From positions 62,001 through 126,000 of the forward strand of contig JAAOMT010000531.1 of NCBI GenBank assembly GCA_016748015.1: 64,000 nt of DNA. Direction: 5' to 3'. The translations under genes and the position numbers were made by a program. Source of the stretch: Geosiphon pyriformis uo1. Taxonomy: Eukaryota > Fungi > Glomeromycota. Below the pieces are notes generated by a model. It had not been told where the DNA came from, ran no database searches, and was given only the letters and a program-made list of their open reading frames with translations. The first letter of the stretch is position 1, and the number at the start of each line of letters is the position of its first letter. This document shows, in pieces, positions 48,035 to 62,947 of the stretch.

Positions 48035-51000
48035 TATTACAGATTGGAGTAACAAGCTAACAGATAGCAAGGGAAAACAGGATTGTAGAGTGATAAAAGA
48101 GATCAAAGGGAATTCAACTTCAAAAAATAAATTGAATAAATATGGATTCAATGTGTGAGATCAGTCTCATAAAATATTTTAGTCGCTATACTTTTTAAAA
48201 AATAACCAGAGAATTTAAAGATAGAGGAATAGTTCATACTGTCAACAAATAATCATGCCTGGTATAATTCTATGCCTTATGTTGATGCTCTTAGAATTCA
48301 ATATCAGATATCAGATGTGTTCTTCAGTTACATTTTATTCAATAATCTTCAAATGTTGCAATTACACATTTTAGGAAAAGAGTAGGTAAAGGCCAACAAA
48401 TATCTTTTATTCTAAGATGTTCAGATATTTGAAGATAGGGAAATGAAATTTAGTGATAAAAGAAGGATTAAAATGAAGTTGTTATTTTATTTTTTTTATT
48501 TCTTTTTATTCCTACATACTTTTTTACAGCTAAGAGATTTATCACTTATATAGCTATCAAAAGTGGTCAATAATCAGGTCAATGATCACTTTCTAAAAAT
48601 AAAGTGGCTAATTTATGTAACATCAGTGACTAATACATGTGATAATTAATAAGAAGTATAAGTTTCAATCATAACATTATTCTTTCCAAAGAGATTGAGC
48701 TTTGGTAAAATCAAACAATTTATGGTGTAATCTATTTGAAGAGTTTTATTTAACTCAAAGCTAACTAGTTTGTTGAAGTTTTTTGTGAATAGGATATATA
48801 ATACTTAAGGTGAAATGAGTTTTGTGTTCAAGAAACCAAATCTTTGTATTAGAGTTTTGGTTTTTTTAGTAATAGTTAAAACTCTTGAGACATCTAACCA
48901 TATAATGCCCAAAATTTTTGTCTGTATCTCTGAAGTTGTTTTCTTTATGAGTTTTATATCCTCTATAATCTCACCAAGGCGATTATAAAGTTCTAATTGT
49001 TTTTTATATGACAAATTTTTGTCTATGGGTAAGATTTCTTGGAGTGTTTTTCCAATTGTGCTAGAAGGTAAGAGTATAGTTGCTGTTATACTTTCCAACA
49101 GATATTTATCCATTTTACTACCAATTTTTTTTCTTCTGGTAGTGGTTTTTTTTGGTCTAATAACAGTATGTATTCCACTGTTATTAGTTATGGTAGTTTG
49201 TTTTTTAATGGTCAGAGTAGCATTTAAATAGTTTTTAATCAAATATTCATGAAAAGTATAGAAAGCATTTTGAATGTTTTAATCCAGAAAATAATTGTTT
49301 ATGTTGATTGATTTTTTTTTTTGTTAATATGTAGTCATGTTGGTCTTTTATTAGTTTAGCCACACTCAAAAAGCATGGCTTTTTCATAAAGCCAACTTAC
49401 CCAATAATTTAAATTACAAAATGTGGCTAACCACTATGTGGTTATGCTTAACTACATACTAGTATAACCAGAAAACCTAAGGGGTATTACACTATTACTT
49501 AAAGTAATTCTACTACCCAAAACATCAGTTAATATTTTATTATAACTTTTGTATCCATCACCCTTTCTAATATTGGAATTGTTACTACCATTAACATTAT
49601 TCTTTAGTGTTTTGCACACACCAATTACTTGTAATGGGCTTTTCTTGACTTTGTTATTAATATCTACTGATTTTTCTCATTCAGTTTGTAATCTGCAATG
49701 TTCTTTCCACAATCTATTTCTCACTTGAGTTACTGCTCATTTACACACCTTAATTAAAATATTGTTATTAACCCTTTAATTAATGTCAGAAAATACATTA
49801 ATTCTTCTGAATTGCTTATTAATTAATTCTTTACATAGCAGATCTATGTTGGGTGTTGACTTAATGTACTTATTAGACAGAAAAACTTGCTTGCCAAGAT
49901 CCAAGATTTTATGTTTTCCTTTCATAGCCTTTGATAAGCACTGCATCCACTCATCTCTTATATCATTTATCAATATCTTGCCCATTTGAGTATTCAGAAA
50001 GCATTTCCAAAAGTGTTGATTGGTTTTTACTTTTGTGTGACATGTTTTGCACAGATTGTTCAAATATACCAAAAAATGTCTGTTGTATAGCACTTTTGCT
50101 GTTAACAGTATGTTGTAGAATGATTTCATAATAAATATATGCATTGTCAAAGAACCAGCCAAGATGAAGCCTAATGACATTTTACCATTCCAGTTTTACA
50201 CTTTGGTTGTGCATTTCCAGTCTACTCCCTGGTCCAAAAATCCCACTGTCTCTTGCATTTTGTTATTGCCAATCCAATCTAAAGCTCCTTGAATTCCAGT
50301 TTGTTGGTTCAGAAAATATCTGATATTCAGATCCAATTTAACACCTCTGCAAGAGGGAACATAACTAATATTCTTAGCATTGTAAGCCTAACTTACTATG
50401 TCAAAAGCAGTAGTTTCTTTGGTTAATTTGTTAGCCATCTCATTTTCAAATATCCCAGTGTGTGCAGCCACTTTGTTAATATTGAATTCAATTATTTTTT
50501 CTCTTATCACTGCCTTAATTGCATTTTATGTGCACCAGTTAGAAGTTTTGAGCTGATTTCTAATAAACATGGGAGATTCTTTAGACAACTATTTTTGAGC
50601 TGTTGACACTACTGCCTAACTGTTTGTATTTAATATTAGTTTACATTTGTAAGGTACTGCTTCCAAAGCCAGTAACACAGCTTTTGCCTCTGTTTTTGTT
50701 GATAATAATGTTCTATTAACTGCTATACCAAAGTTGGTCTCTATTCCATGTGTTACAAAGACAGCTGCTCTCCTAACATTCTCAGAACTAGCTTTTGCCA
50801 GTGATCCATCCGTTAATATTTCAATTTCTTTTCTGAGTCTCAACTTATCATGTACTCTCCTCCATTATGGTAATAGAATGTCAAAAATTTGTATGTAAAT
50901 AGTGTCCCTTTGCATTGTTTCTATGTCATCTGGTATTAGGTTAATTATTTTGTGCATTTCCAATGCTTTACTTTAAACTACATCAATTTTTCTGTATTTA

Positions 51001-54000
51001 TTTATAGTAAGTGTGGCTTCTAATGTCTTAAATCATCTGAAAATTCTACTACTGTTACTCCGTCTGTACTTTCTTGTAAAGTCTATCTATGTTATTAGTG
51101 ATCCATCATTGTTTTGTACTTGATGCAAATACAAAATATTTTCTTTTCTTAATAAACCTCTAACTTTAGTTAAGATTGCACAAGAAGCTAAAACAGTCTT
51201 AATTAAGTGTGCTTGTGGTCTTGAAGACTCAGATATCCCATATGTGTTACCAGAGCTTTTGAATGAGATACCTCTTTTTTCTATTATCTGTATTATATTT
51301 GCTATAAAATTAACCCCTGGCTTAGATCATTCATTAGTGAAATATTCAAGTATACTATGAGCTAACCATCTTTGTGCCTGCAAGTTGGCTAATCTGATTC
51401 TTGTAGCTATTCCAGCAATATTATCATTGTTCAATCTAACCAACAAATCTGTGATTTTGCTTTTTGCTTATATATTATTAACTCTGAACAAATTATATAA
51501 AGATGAGTGGTGCATGATACTGGCCAGAAAATTTACTGAGAGTTTTGCTTTTTTCTTTATAGTGGCTAAGATCTTTGAGATTCATCTCATGGCCCAACTG
51601 TTTGGTATATGGGTCAATTGAGATTTAAATTCTATTGCTGGACTGAGTACACTGTTGAAAATATAAATTGCCTGTTTTTCAGTAATGTGTTTTTTCCGAA
51701 TAACTCCACACATTGTTTCAATGTTAGAATCTATTATTCTCAGCACAGTTTTATTTTTTCCATCTGCTTTAATCCATACCCCCAAATATTAAGTGCATAT
51801 AGATGGATCTAGCAATTTCAAGGTTTATTTTTTTGGACCAAACTTTAGTGGCTCAACCAACACTGATTTCCTTTTGAAAGGTCTAACTACTATTGTTTTA
51901 GTCTTGTCTAAATTGATCTTAATATCCACTATTTTAAAAAAGAAGCTGGCTGTATCTAAAATACTCTGCATTCCTAGTCTTGAATTAGCTATCCATACTG
52001 TGTTATCAATGAAGGCCAGGTGGTTTACTGATGCTATTAAAGATTGTGTGTCTGCTTGATTGTCTCACTTTTTTTATTCAGCTGTTAATTTGTATTCTTG
52101 ACTGTAATTGGATTGTTTTACTTCATACAGTAGTTCATGTTGATTGAAGATACCTCTGTTTTGGAAATGGTGCATTTATTTATATTTGATTTTTGCTGAT
52201 CATTTGAGTTAGTATTACCACAACAGGCAACTAATTAGGTTGTTTATGATATTTTTTGAGTCATGTATCATGAACAGAATGATTATTGAAAATTGTTCTG
52301 AATTGATCTTGAAGAATATAAAAACCATTGTTCAAAACTTTGTTGACTATAAAGGGTTCTTTCTATTGGTTAGAAAATTTATCATCATAGACATTGTCTC
52401 TATCTGAACGGTATTTTAATACCAAGTCACCAACACTTAAAAAAAGTGTTTTATAGATTTTCTTTTTTTTAAGCTTTTTTTGAAACTGTTTTATCTTTTC
52501 AAAAGCAATTATTTGTGCTTCTACCAAAGAGTCAAGAATGGTACCAAGTTTTTTTGGCAAAATGTCTTTGTAATTTTTTATTGTCATCTCTTCAAAAGAT
52601 ATTGTCTCAATGTCAGTTTCTATTGGTAGTGTTGTCATGCATCCATAGAGCAGATAAAAAGATTCATAACTTGTTATGTCATGATTTACAGTTCTATAAG
52701 CAAACAAAGCTGAAGGCAGTACTTTGTCTCATAAGTTTGTTTCTTTATTGATTTTGGCTAGGGTTTCACATAGTGTTTTATTGAAATATTCTACTAGGCC
52801 ATTTATTTGGGGGTGATAAGAGGAAGAAAGTTTATGATATATTCCCATTTTTTTACAAAGTTCTTCAACTAGTATACTGAGAAAAGCTCTTCCTCTATCA
52901 GATAAAAGTTTTTTGGGGCAGCCATAACAGCAAATAATATCTTTATAAATAAAATTGGCTATTGAGACTGCTGTTTGGTCAGGAGTAGCTCTTGCTTCTA
53001 CCCACTTTGTAAGATAATCAGTAGCTGTAATAATATATCTGTTGCCATCAGGAGTTATTGTTAAAGATCTAACAACATCTATACCAATTCTGTTGAATGA
53101 TTAACCAACAGAGATTGAATGGATATTTTCTTTACAATTGGGTTTGCCTTTTCTTTGTCAGATATCACAGGTTTTGATGTATTCAGCAATGTCTTTTTCC
53201 AAGGTAGGCCAATAATAGCAAGCTAAAATTTTCTGAATTGTTTTTGTTTTTCCAAAGTGTCCAGCTAATGGGTCAGTGTGCATATTATATATTACAATTT
53301 CTCTTTCTTCAAATTTGATGATTCTCTAAAGGTGGTCAGAATCTTTTCTATTTCTTTTATATAGCTGGTTTTGGTAAATCAAATAGAAATTTGATTGTTT
53401 GTGCAAATGTTCTCTTTGCTGTTGAGTGTATTCTGGTGGGTATTGTCTTTTACCCAAAAATTTCATTAAGGCAGAGTAGTTGTCCAAGTCTATTATCGTG
53501 TTTGTTTGTTAAGGAGTTATTAATAATTAAGTTGGTTTGGTTTAAGAGGTTGTACTATCACTGGATGGTAAGTCTAGAGAGTGTGTTGGCATTTTGATGA
53601 TTTGCTTTTTTGTAGTGTTAAATATCATAGTCAAATTCATCCAAGTAGAGTATCTAACAAGTTATTTATTTGTGTTTCAGTTTCTTTTTATTGTGCAGCC
53701 AAACCAAGACTTAATGATCTGTTATCACTAAGAATTTCGCACCAAGAAGATATTGATTTCAGTAACTAGTGGCCCAAACTACTGCTAAACATTCTTGTTC
53801 AGTAATTGAATAGTTCTTTTCTGCTGGTGTAAGGGATCTACTGGCATATGCTATGGCATGTTCTCTGTTATTTTCATTTTTCTGTGAAAGGACAGCATCA
53901 AGTCTATAGCCAAATGTATCAGTGTGGAGAATAAAAGATTGGTCCAGATCAGATTGCTTGAGAATTGGTTCAGTAACAAGTTTTTCCTTCAGAATTTCAA

Positions 54001-57000
54001 AAGCTTTTTGTTGATGAGTGCTCCAATAATAATTGACATTTTTTCTGAATAGCTGATTAAAAGAAAAGGTGATTTTGGAGAAATCCTTGATAAATTTGCG
54101 ATAATAAGAGGCCAAACCAAGGAAAAAGCATAGTTTAGGAACATTCATTGGTTGTCTAATGTTTTGAACTTTTTTAACTTTAGCGGGTTCAGGAAAGATT
54201 TCATTTTTTGTAATAAGATGACCAAGGAACTAGGTGGATTGGTGTCTAAAAAAAGATTTGATTGGGTTGATCTTAAGGCCAGCATTTCTGAGCAGATCAA
54301 AAACCTTCTGCAAATATTCAAGATGTTCATTCCATGTTTTTGAGTAGATTATTATGTCATATAAATAAACCAGAACAAAATTTTTTTTTACTGATTCAAA
54401 TATTTTGTCTATTAGGTGTTAAAAGGTAGGAGGAGCATTAATGAGACCAAAAGACATAACTGTGAATTTATAGATGCCATACTTTGTAATAAAAGCAGTT
54501 TTTTTTCTGCTTTCTAGATCTATCTCTACTTGCCAGAATTCAGCAGTTAAGTTAATAGTTGAGAAGAAAGCAGCATCATTGAATTTATCTAGCATTACAT
54601 CAATTTTGGGAAGTGGGTACATGTTTCTTGTATGAATCCAAGATCTTTCATCTGGTTTATCTCTTTCTTGATAAACTTATCATTGTGTCAATTAGATTGA
54701 TAAGGCTTCAAATAGATGGGATGAGTTTCTTTTGTGGTGATAGTGTATTGTATTACATGAGTTCATCCAGAGATATCACTTTCTTTTGAGATAACTGGGC
54801 TATTCCTAGTCAACAGATTTTCAATGTCCACTTTTTTTTCTTCAGAGAAAGGTTTTCTTTGTTCTATAACTAGTGATTAGATTTCAGGTGGTTTATTTTT
54901 AAAGGACTTTTGTACTTCTTTTAGTTCTTCTCTGAGTATCAAACTAATTGGCTCCCAATCTTTGTAATAGATTAGGCAGAACTTGTATTCATTACTAGAG
55001 GAATACAAAGGTTTATTGCACCAGCACCTGGCACAAGGACTATGTTATCAATAATTGTATTTTGCTTTCTTGGCAGGTTTTCTATCAAAGATTCTTTTGC
55101 TATTTACCATAATTTCTTCTTTACCTGCTTTAATATTATCTAATGACTTGTCATTATTGGTAAAGATAGTGTAGACAAGTTCAACAGTTTCTTTTTGTTC
55201 TTTTTGTTCATTTTTTTTTTCACTTTCTTTATTATCTGATTTGTTAGATTGCTCTTTTTTTTGGCTTTGTTTGGATACTGGAGGAGTTGTTTAATGGTGA
55301 CACTTAATTATGATGGGTTTTTTACCACATCTGATGGTTAGTTAACAGAGTTCATAATTAAGCAAGGCTTTTGCTTTCTTGAGCCATTCATTGCCAACTA
55401 TTATGGTGTATTTTTTTGCTTTAGATACTTCCATGTTAGTTTTAATGCTGATGCCATTAATTTGGACAGGAACAGCTTTGGTTATGCTCAGATCTTTTTT
55501 CTTGTTATCATGTACATTGGTTATTGGTCTTGTAGACGGTTCATTAATTTTTCTGTCAATTGCTTCTAAAAAGTGTTTGGCAATGATGCTAACAGATGAT
55601 CTACTGTTCAGAATCAGATCAATGAAATAACCAACTACTTGGGCTTTACAAATAAGAGGGGTAATATTGCTGTTGTTAGCAAATTCAGCTTGGCATGAGC
55701 ATTTGTTGGTTGTTGGTGTCTTTTTCTTGGGAATCAAAGATTTGCAAAGGTCTTTTCTAAATTGGGGATGAGTCATTAACTGGCTAAAAGTAATGTAAGC
55801 AGGTGTTTTCATAAGATCTTTGACAACAAAATAGGGTCCAGATTTTTGTACAATTTCTGGGAGTTTCAACTTTGGAAAATTCTTAAAGATTTTAGTCTTT
55901 GGTGGCTCATTGTTATCAACAGTTGATTTGAATGCTTTGTTTGGGTCCAGAACGAAATCAATCTTGGGTTTCTTCTTCTTTCTGGTTAATTCAGAGATGT
56001 TAATTGCTAGTTCATCCATATCATGGTCATTATCAGTTAAGTTAAAAGCAAAAAAAAGGTTTTTTTCTGATTGGCTTGCACTCTTATTCTTTGGAGGTGT
56101 GTCTACTAGTTTAAAGGCTAATAAACAGTGGCTTTAACTAAGAGATTCTCTCCAAAAAAATTGATGTTGGCATGATTGGATCTTTAATTGGGGACATTGT
56201 TGTTAACAGTTCTGTTATTTTGATTGTCATTATTTCTGGAAGCTGAAAAAGGTGGAGGAGGATTGTTGCAATCTCTGGAGAAATGTTCAATTAATCCACA
56301 ATGATAACATACAGGTGGGCCATGATTTTGTTGTCTTTGATAAGAGAGTTGCTAGGGCTGATTAAAATGGGTTTTAAATCTGGGTCTTTGAATTTGTTGA
56401 TTTTTTCTGACTGCTTAAGCTAAGAGTTTTAATAACCAGACAAGATTGACTGTGAGTTTATTTATTAATTGTTTATTGGGATCTGGAGTTTAGACAGTAA
56501 AAAAAGTGGCAGCCATTTGAGAAGCAGGGGCCATAACAGAAGCAGAAGCAAAAACTAGAAGTGTAGATCCCAAGTGCATCCTTTGATTGTCTTCAATTTA
56601 TTAAGCTAGTTCAACAGATATATTCATTGTAGGATTGTTTTTCAAGACCAAGAGGGGCTAAAAAGCATATGAAAGATTAGTTCTCAATCTTTTTGTGAAG
56701 AAGTGAGTTTTCTGCTCTTTTGTACAGTTTTTTTTAGAGTCTATTCACTTGATTAACATTCTGATTGCTTTTGCATATTTAGTTACAGCTTCATTAAGAC
56801 CTTGGGTTCTTTTTTCTAATTCCATATGCCATTTAGATATTAAAATAGGAGTTTTAAATTTCATTTCAAACTGGGTAATAAAAGAAGTGTTGTCTTCTCC
56901 AGCATTTGTTGGTGCCTATCTAATGATTCTTTGCTAAGCATTGACATTGGTTTCTTGTAAGAACCAAATAGTAGGAGAGTCTTAAAAATAGCCACCAATG

Positions 57001-58447
57001 ATTTGAAACTTGTATTCATTATCATATTGGTTGGCTGTGGCCACTCTTTCAAAGTCATCCAATTATTTAATTGAATTTTGTGTATTATCTCTAAACAAGG
57101 GTAATAGAGTGTTGTTTCTTCTTCCCAAAGCAATTTGTATGCTTTGGAGGGCAATCAGAATGTTCTGTTGCATAGGATCATTAGCCATTGGTTCAGGAGT
57201 AAAATGATCTGATTCACTTGAAAAAAGATCAAAAACAGGAGCAGTTTAATAACTTTCTTCTTCTGTTTCAAGAGGAGTTTCAGTTGATTAATGGGCAGCA
57301 ATCCAAGTATAGATTTGATGATTCAGATATTCGAAATCAGGGGGCTGTTGTTTAAAGATTGTAAAATATAAAAGCTGATTGATGTTGTTGTTTTTTTCTT
57401 TAAAGTTGTTTTTAAAATAAGCTTGATCAAAATAATAAGTTGTATAGGCTGTATAGATTTCAGCTAAATGCTTGTTCAGAAACCAGTTTCAAAAGTCTTG
57501 GAATTGTTTGCTGAATTGTTCTTTGATAGAGAAGTAAATCAAGCAGGAAGGCAAAAAATTGAGTTCAATAAAGTCTAGATTGTTTTTGTTGTGTGCTTCA
57601 AAGTGTTCTTCTAATTGTTATGGCAGGTATAAATAATCATCTATACAATAGAAAACAAAGTGGATTTTGACAACTTCACAAGAAGCACTACTTTTATGTT
57701 ACAGGTTGGAGTAACAAGCTAATGGATAGCAAGGGAGAACAGGATTGTAGGGTAATAAAAAAGATCAAAGAGAATTCAACTTCAAAGAGTGAATTGAATA
57801 AATATGGATTCAATATGTGAGATCAGTCTCATAAAATATCTTAGTTACTATGCTTTTTAAAAGATAACTGGAGAATCTAAAGGTAGAGAGATAGTCCATA
57901 CTGTCAACAAATGATCACACCTGGTATAATTTTATGCTTCATATCAGCACTCTTAGAATTCAATATTAGGTATCAAATATGCTCTTCAGTCACGTTTTAT
58001 TCAATAATCTTCAAATGCTGTAATTACATATTTCAGAAAAAGAGTAGATAAAGGCCAACAAATATCTTTTATCCTAAGATGTTTGGATATTTGAAGGTAG
58101 GGAAAAGGAATTTAGTGATAAAAAAAGGATTGAGATGAAGTTGTTATTTTATTTCTTTTATTTCTTTTTTATTCTTACATATTTTTCTACAGCTAAAAGA
58201 TTTTTTGCTTATATAGCTATTAAAAGTGGTCAATAATCAGGTCAACAACTAGATTAATAATCAGATCAATGATCAAGTCAATAATCAGGTCATTGATTAG
58301 ATTAATGATTAGGTTAATAATCAGATTAATAATCAGATCATTAATCAGATCAATGATCACTTTCTAAAAATAGAGTGGCTAATTTATGTGACATCAGTGA
58401 TTAATACATGTGATAATTAATAAGAAGTATAAGTTTCAACTGTAACA
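48035..58447 (-). mobile_element. G2c: minus-strand G2 Gypsy element (3' LTR 48035-48676, 5' LTR 57697-58447) containing A5
   Basis: gag knuckle CYHCGLIEHFSRDC (~56300), PR LILNSRSS, RT, RH YASRSL, IN, ORF3 49250-48690. Confidence 0.9.
49312..52132 (-). mobile_element. LINE A copy A5, 5'-truncated in RT
   Basis: 15-bp TSD gttYatgttgattga at 49297-49311 and 52133-52147. Poly(A). RNase H EILTDGSL. Confidence 0.92.
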
Positions 58448-61400
58448 GTATATTGAAATTTCAAGCAAAGATGCATTCTTCAACTAAGAATAAATAACAT
58501 AAAAGCCAACTAAATTAAGCATATATGTATTAAGACTAAGATCAGAAGCAAATTAAAGATTGTAAACCAAACTACTGTTCCTAACAAAATCTGAAATTTA
58601 TGCAAACCAAATGAGAATTAGACTCCTAGGATCTAACTGTTTTTAATGATAAAAATTCTTCTAAGAGAAGCACATCTTATGATTATTCAAAAATTAATCT
58701 GCAAATATAATGCTAAAATACTTAAGAGATTTATATATCTGAAAATATTTAACTTAATCCAAAACATCTATTACAAGAACTCCATTTTTGAATTGAAAAA
58801 CACTGAGCAGATTATTGTATAGATAAATTTTATTGTACAAAAAAATTTAAGCAATGCCAACAAGAAAATTGTTTACTAAATTGATCTTTAACCTGACTAA
58901 AAACCAAAAAAAATTATGAAGAACTCAATTCAGTATTTGCAAATCCATCAACTTATATTAAAAAAGCTAACCAAGAATACCATAAGTATTGGCAAAGTTT
59001 ATTATTGATGTTACCTTTTTTTCTACTTGAACTTGGTCAAAAGACTTCAAATTGTACAGAAATAGATGGTGTATGACCTTATTTAAAAAATCATTCAGCA
59101 GATTGGTCTTGATTTTTAAGTTCTTCTTGATTAATTGGTCTTATTTATTGTATATGCTTTTGGTAACAAAGCTAAACTGAATTTTGTATTTGATAATTGG
59201 CTGTAAAACTGCAAAACTAAATAAAAAAATTGTTTATCCAAAATGGTCTTGTACAAAACTATTGACACAAAAAACTTTACATCTAAGTTAGTCTTTTTTA
59301 AGCTCAGATTAAAGAGACCCTTGGTTGATAAGAAGATATTCAAATATTAATGAACTTTACTGGTCTTTACAACTAAAATAAAAAAACTATTAATATTTAA
59401 GAACATACTACTAGATCTTAAGTTTATTGAGATTGCTACTGTCTTTTTTGTATTTATCAAAATGTCTATGATATCAAAAAACTTGTTAACAATATTCAGA
59501 ATATTCTGTATTACTATACAACAATTGCCAATTCAAATTGTATTATCCATGAAAGCACCAGCAATCAGATATGAAGTTACACTTGTATTTATCTTAATTT
59601 TGCCAGTTTTGGAAACAAACTTAGAATTTATATAGTATTTAAAAACCAAGTTATGTTTTTTTACTTTACACAAAAAAGAATCATAAAAAATCCTCCAAAA
59701 AAGAGACAAAAAAACTTCATTCTGATTTAGACTATTATGTATCTTGTAATTATTAAACAAACTAAAATCCATTATTATCTTATTTTTATGGCCATTATGA
59801 ATATAATCAAAGAATCTAATAAATTTATTACATATTTTAATCTTTCTTAAACTTTTTTCCAAATGTAACCATCTCACTAAATTGTAAGCTTTTCTCATAT
59901 TTTAAAGCACTAATCACATTTTTCTGCTTTTTTCCAAAACATCCTCTATTACAGACCTGACAGCAAAAATAAGAAATTGAGTTGAAATGCTCTTCAACAC
60001 CAAAAAATTGTTTTTTTGCAAAACATTATGCTTGTTACAAGCTTCAAATATCTGATTAAACAAAACTTTTAAAAAAATCTTCTTTGCAGTTTTAATAAAA
60101 GCAATTAGTTTAATAATTGTTAAAACATCTTCTTATTTATAAGACTTTAGAATTATTAACACTCAAGTCTTCCTTCAGACATTAAGAACAAATTCAACAT
60201 CTAAACACAAATTAAACAAACACAAAAAAAAATCCAGAACATGTTTATCATACTATTTTCACATCTTATTGGAGATATTAAACAGTTCAGCAGTCTTACT
60301 ATTAAAAAGCTCATCTATTACCAACAAAAACTCATTGAAACCAATGTATTCCATAATATTAGAAAATGCTCTATTTTTAATATACTCAAGAAGTACAAAC
60401 TGTCTTCTTTAATAAACAAAAACAGCATCTTCAACCTTATGTTTTTTTGTCTAATTCTTTATAATTAAATCCATTTTACACTTGACCAAATCAGGTTCCA
60501 AAATCAGATTGTCATTATTTACCAAATAATTCAATATAATCTTTCTAAAAAGTTTTTTTAGCATGCTTCCTATTATCTAACTCTTGTTATTGGCAAAAAC
60601 TTTTATGTATTTGATAATAGCAGCTTTAATTCAGAACTTTTTAGCCATTTTAGAATCTAATAACTTATGAGACCTATAAAACTTTCTAAAACAAGATAAT
60701 AATTACTCAATCAAGATTTTGCTGTATCTATTATTGAAAATGTCTTTAAATTTCACAGTCCAAACAACATCCAGTCTGATCTATTTGAAAACCAAAGCCT
60801 AAACTCTTATTACATTACTCAGCTTATATGTTTTCAGAATTTTAGACACTAGCAATTCCAATTTGTAAGATCTAGAAAATACAATGCACTTAGAAATACC
60901 ATAATTCTGAAACCACATTTTCGAAAAAATGGTATTGGCAGTAGAAATTATTATTTGGCTAAGAAGATTCCACATCTTATTAATGTCAAATTTCTTTTTA
61001 CAGTTTTCAAAGTTATTGACAGCAGCCAGAGCAGCAACTAGTAACAAATTTTTAAACTTCATTCAGATTTTTTTACCAATCCCATTAACTTTGAACTTTT
61101 ATTTATTCTTGATAGTCTGTTTGTATACTAAAATAAATTGAGAACCGAAAAGTTTTTTCAGACCAATATCTGCCAAAACTACCATGTAATTAGTGTTAAA
61201 AAACTTATCTGGACAATAAATCTGTTATTGAAAAAAATCTTCTTAAGGCTAACACTAATTAGAACAAAATTTATGCACTTCTTAATTCTTTTAAAGTTAG
61301 ATCATATAGGCAATTTGCATATTGAAAAACCTCCAAAAGAGTTGTATAATCCCATATCCAAAAACTTCTTAAAACTTGCATTGCAACCAGAATTATTTTC

Positions 61401-62947
61401 ATTGAAATTTTTCTTAAAAATCACAAAAGTACTACCATTTAGTGTCTTAACCACTATTGAATTAACATTATATGTTTGAGTTAATTTTTTCTTCAGAGTA
61501 GTCTCAACATATAAACCCAAAATAGAAACTAAAAAACAATCCTTAAAAAGCAAACATATTGACAAAAGCCAACCAACTACTTTTAAGACTTTGCATATAT
61601 ATTTTGCAATATTATTGTTAATTATTATAGCAACACCAAATCCTAGATAATTGAAGTCTACATCAGAAGTAAAAACTCTAATCCTATCAAATCTGTTTAT
61701 AATTCAAGGACAAACTTTGTCTCTTAGCTTAGTTTTTATAATAATAGAAACAGAATTACTTTTATCTTTGTGTCAATAAACAATGTCTTTTTGTTTTACT
61801 AAATTGTTTATATTTTTTATATTGCACGTGGCAAATTTCCAAACCAGATTACTTATTGAATTGAAAAAAATGTCAAAGAATCTAAACCAACATACAACTG
61901 ATCTAATCTTACTAGAACCAAACTAATAGAGATCTCAAGAGCCACTATTTTAGATTCCAATTTACCAATCTTGAAAATCAGAATCTTTGATCTATTTACA
62001 TCTAAATTCAAAACTGTATTATTAGTAACTAAAGGAGAAAAAATAAGTAACATAAGTGGACCATCCAAAACTAGACACAAAGAAAGAAAAAGAGTAAGAA
62101 ATAGACACCAAGAGTATTAAGTCTATAATGCTCAATTTTTACATAATACTAAAAACCTAATTAGTCAACAGCTTCAAAAACCACTCCAAGAAAACCAAGT
62201 AAGCATTAATAGAAGAAGTATTTTAAACAACAGACAAATCTTTACTACTGTGTAATATATCAAGAGAAGAAAAACCAGAACCAGAACCAGAATGAGTATT
62301 GTTAAAAAAAGCAGCAAATAAATTTACTTGGACCTAAGACTGGTCACCAAAAACAGCAGAATAAGAAATAAAAACATTTTTCTTTGTTTATAATCTGGCC
62401 AACTAAAAACAATTTACACCCAAAACCATTTTTTTAAATAACTTAAGAGACTTAAAAATAGAAACATCTAGTGTATTATACTTTAAAGCAGAATGTCTGA
62501 ATCTCTTATACTTTTTACACTAAACCAAATCCATTTTAGTTCATGAAAGCTTCACATCATCAAAGATTAACTCTATATTAAAGACAGACTTTAGTTTTTT
62601 ATCTGATTTGAAACCAATTACAACATAGTAAACCCAGTTGTCAGTATTAAGAGAGCAATTAATAATGCATATTTTACTACCAGCTTTTTTTAATAAAATG
62701 TTCAAATTATAAGCTGTTGTTCTTACAGATAAAATAAACAAAAGTGCCTTAAACCAATCCCTAAAAGTCCAAATTCCACAATTTTTTACAGTCTTGGCTA
62801 CATGTACTGAATTTTTTTAATAAAAAATGACCACCTAGCCACCAACTAATCTGCTTAACTCAATTTAGCAAATTTTATCACAGTTTTTTGTCACATACTA
62901 ATAAGTTGAATTTTAATTGACTTAATTTGTCCAAACTCAAATACTAT
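58448..62947 (-). mobile_element. LINE family C, heavily decayed (ORF1 RRM region, EN, RT, up to the start of RNase H), cut by G2 LTRs at both ends
   Basis: FEFGQIKSIKIQL (ORF1), VWKFATCN (EN, ~61830), MRKAYN, FWRIFYD..LCKVK, AFMDNTI. Ends at EISIY| just before the expected TDGS. Confidence 0.8.

Noticed and set aside
58448-59000. Possible unique or host sequence
   Set aside because: Minus-strand translation continues LINE C ORF2 (post-RT region up to RNase H).
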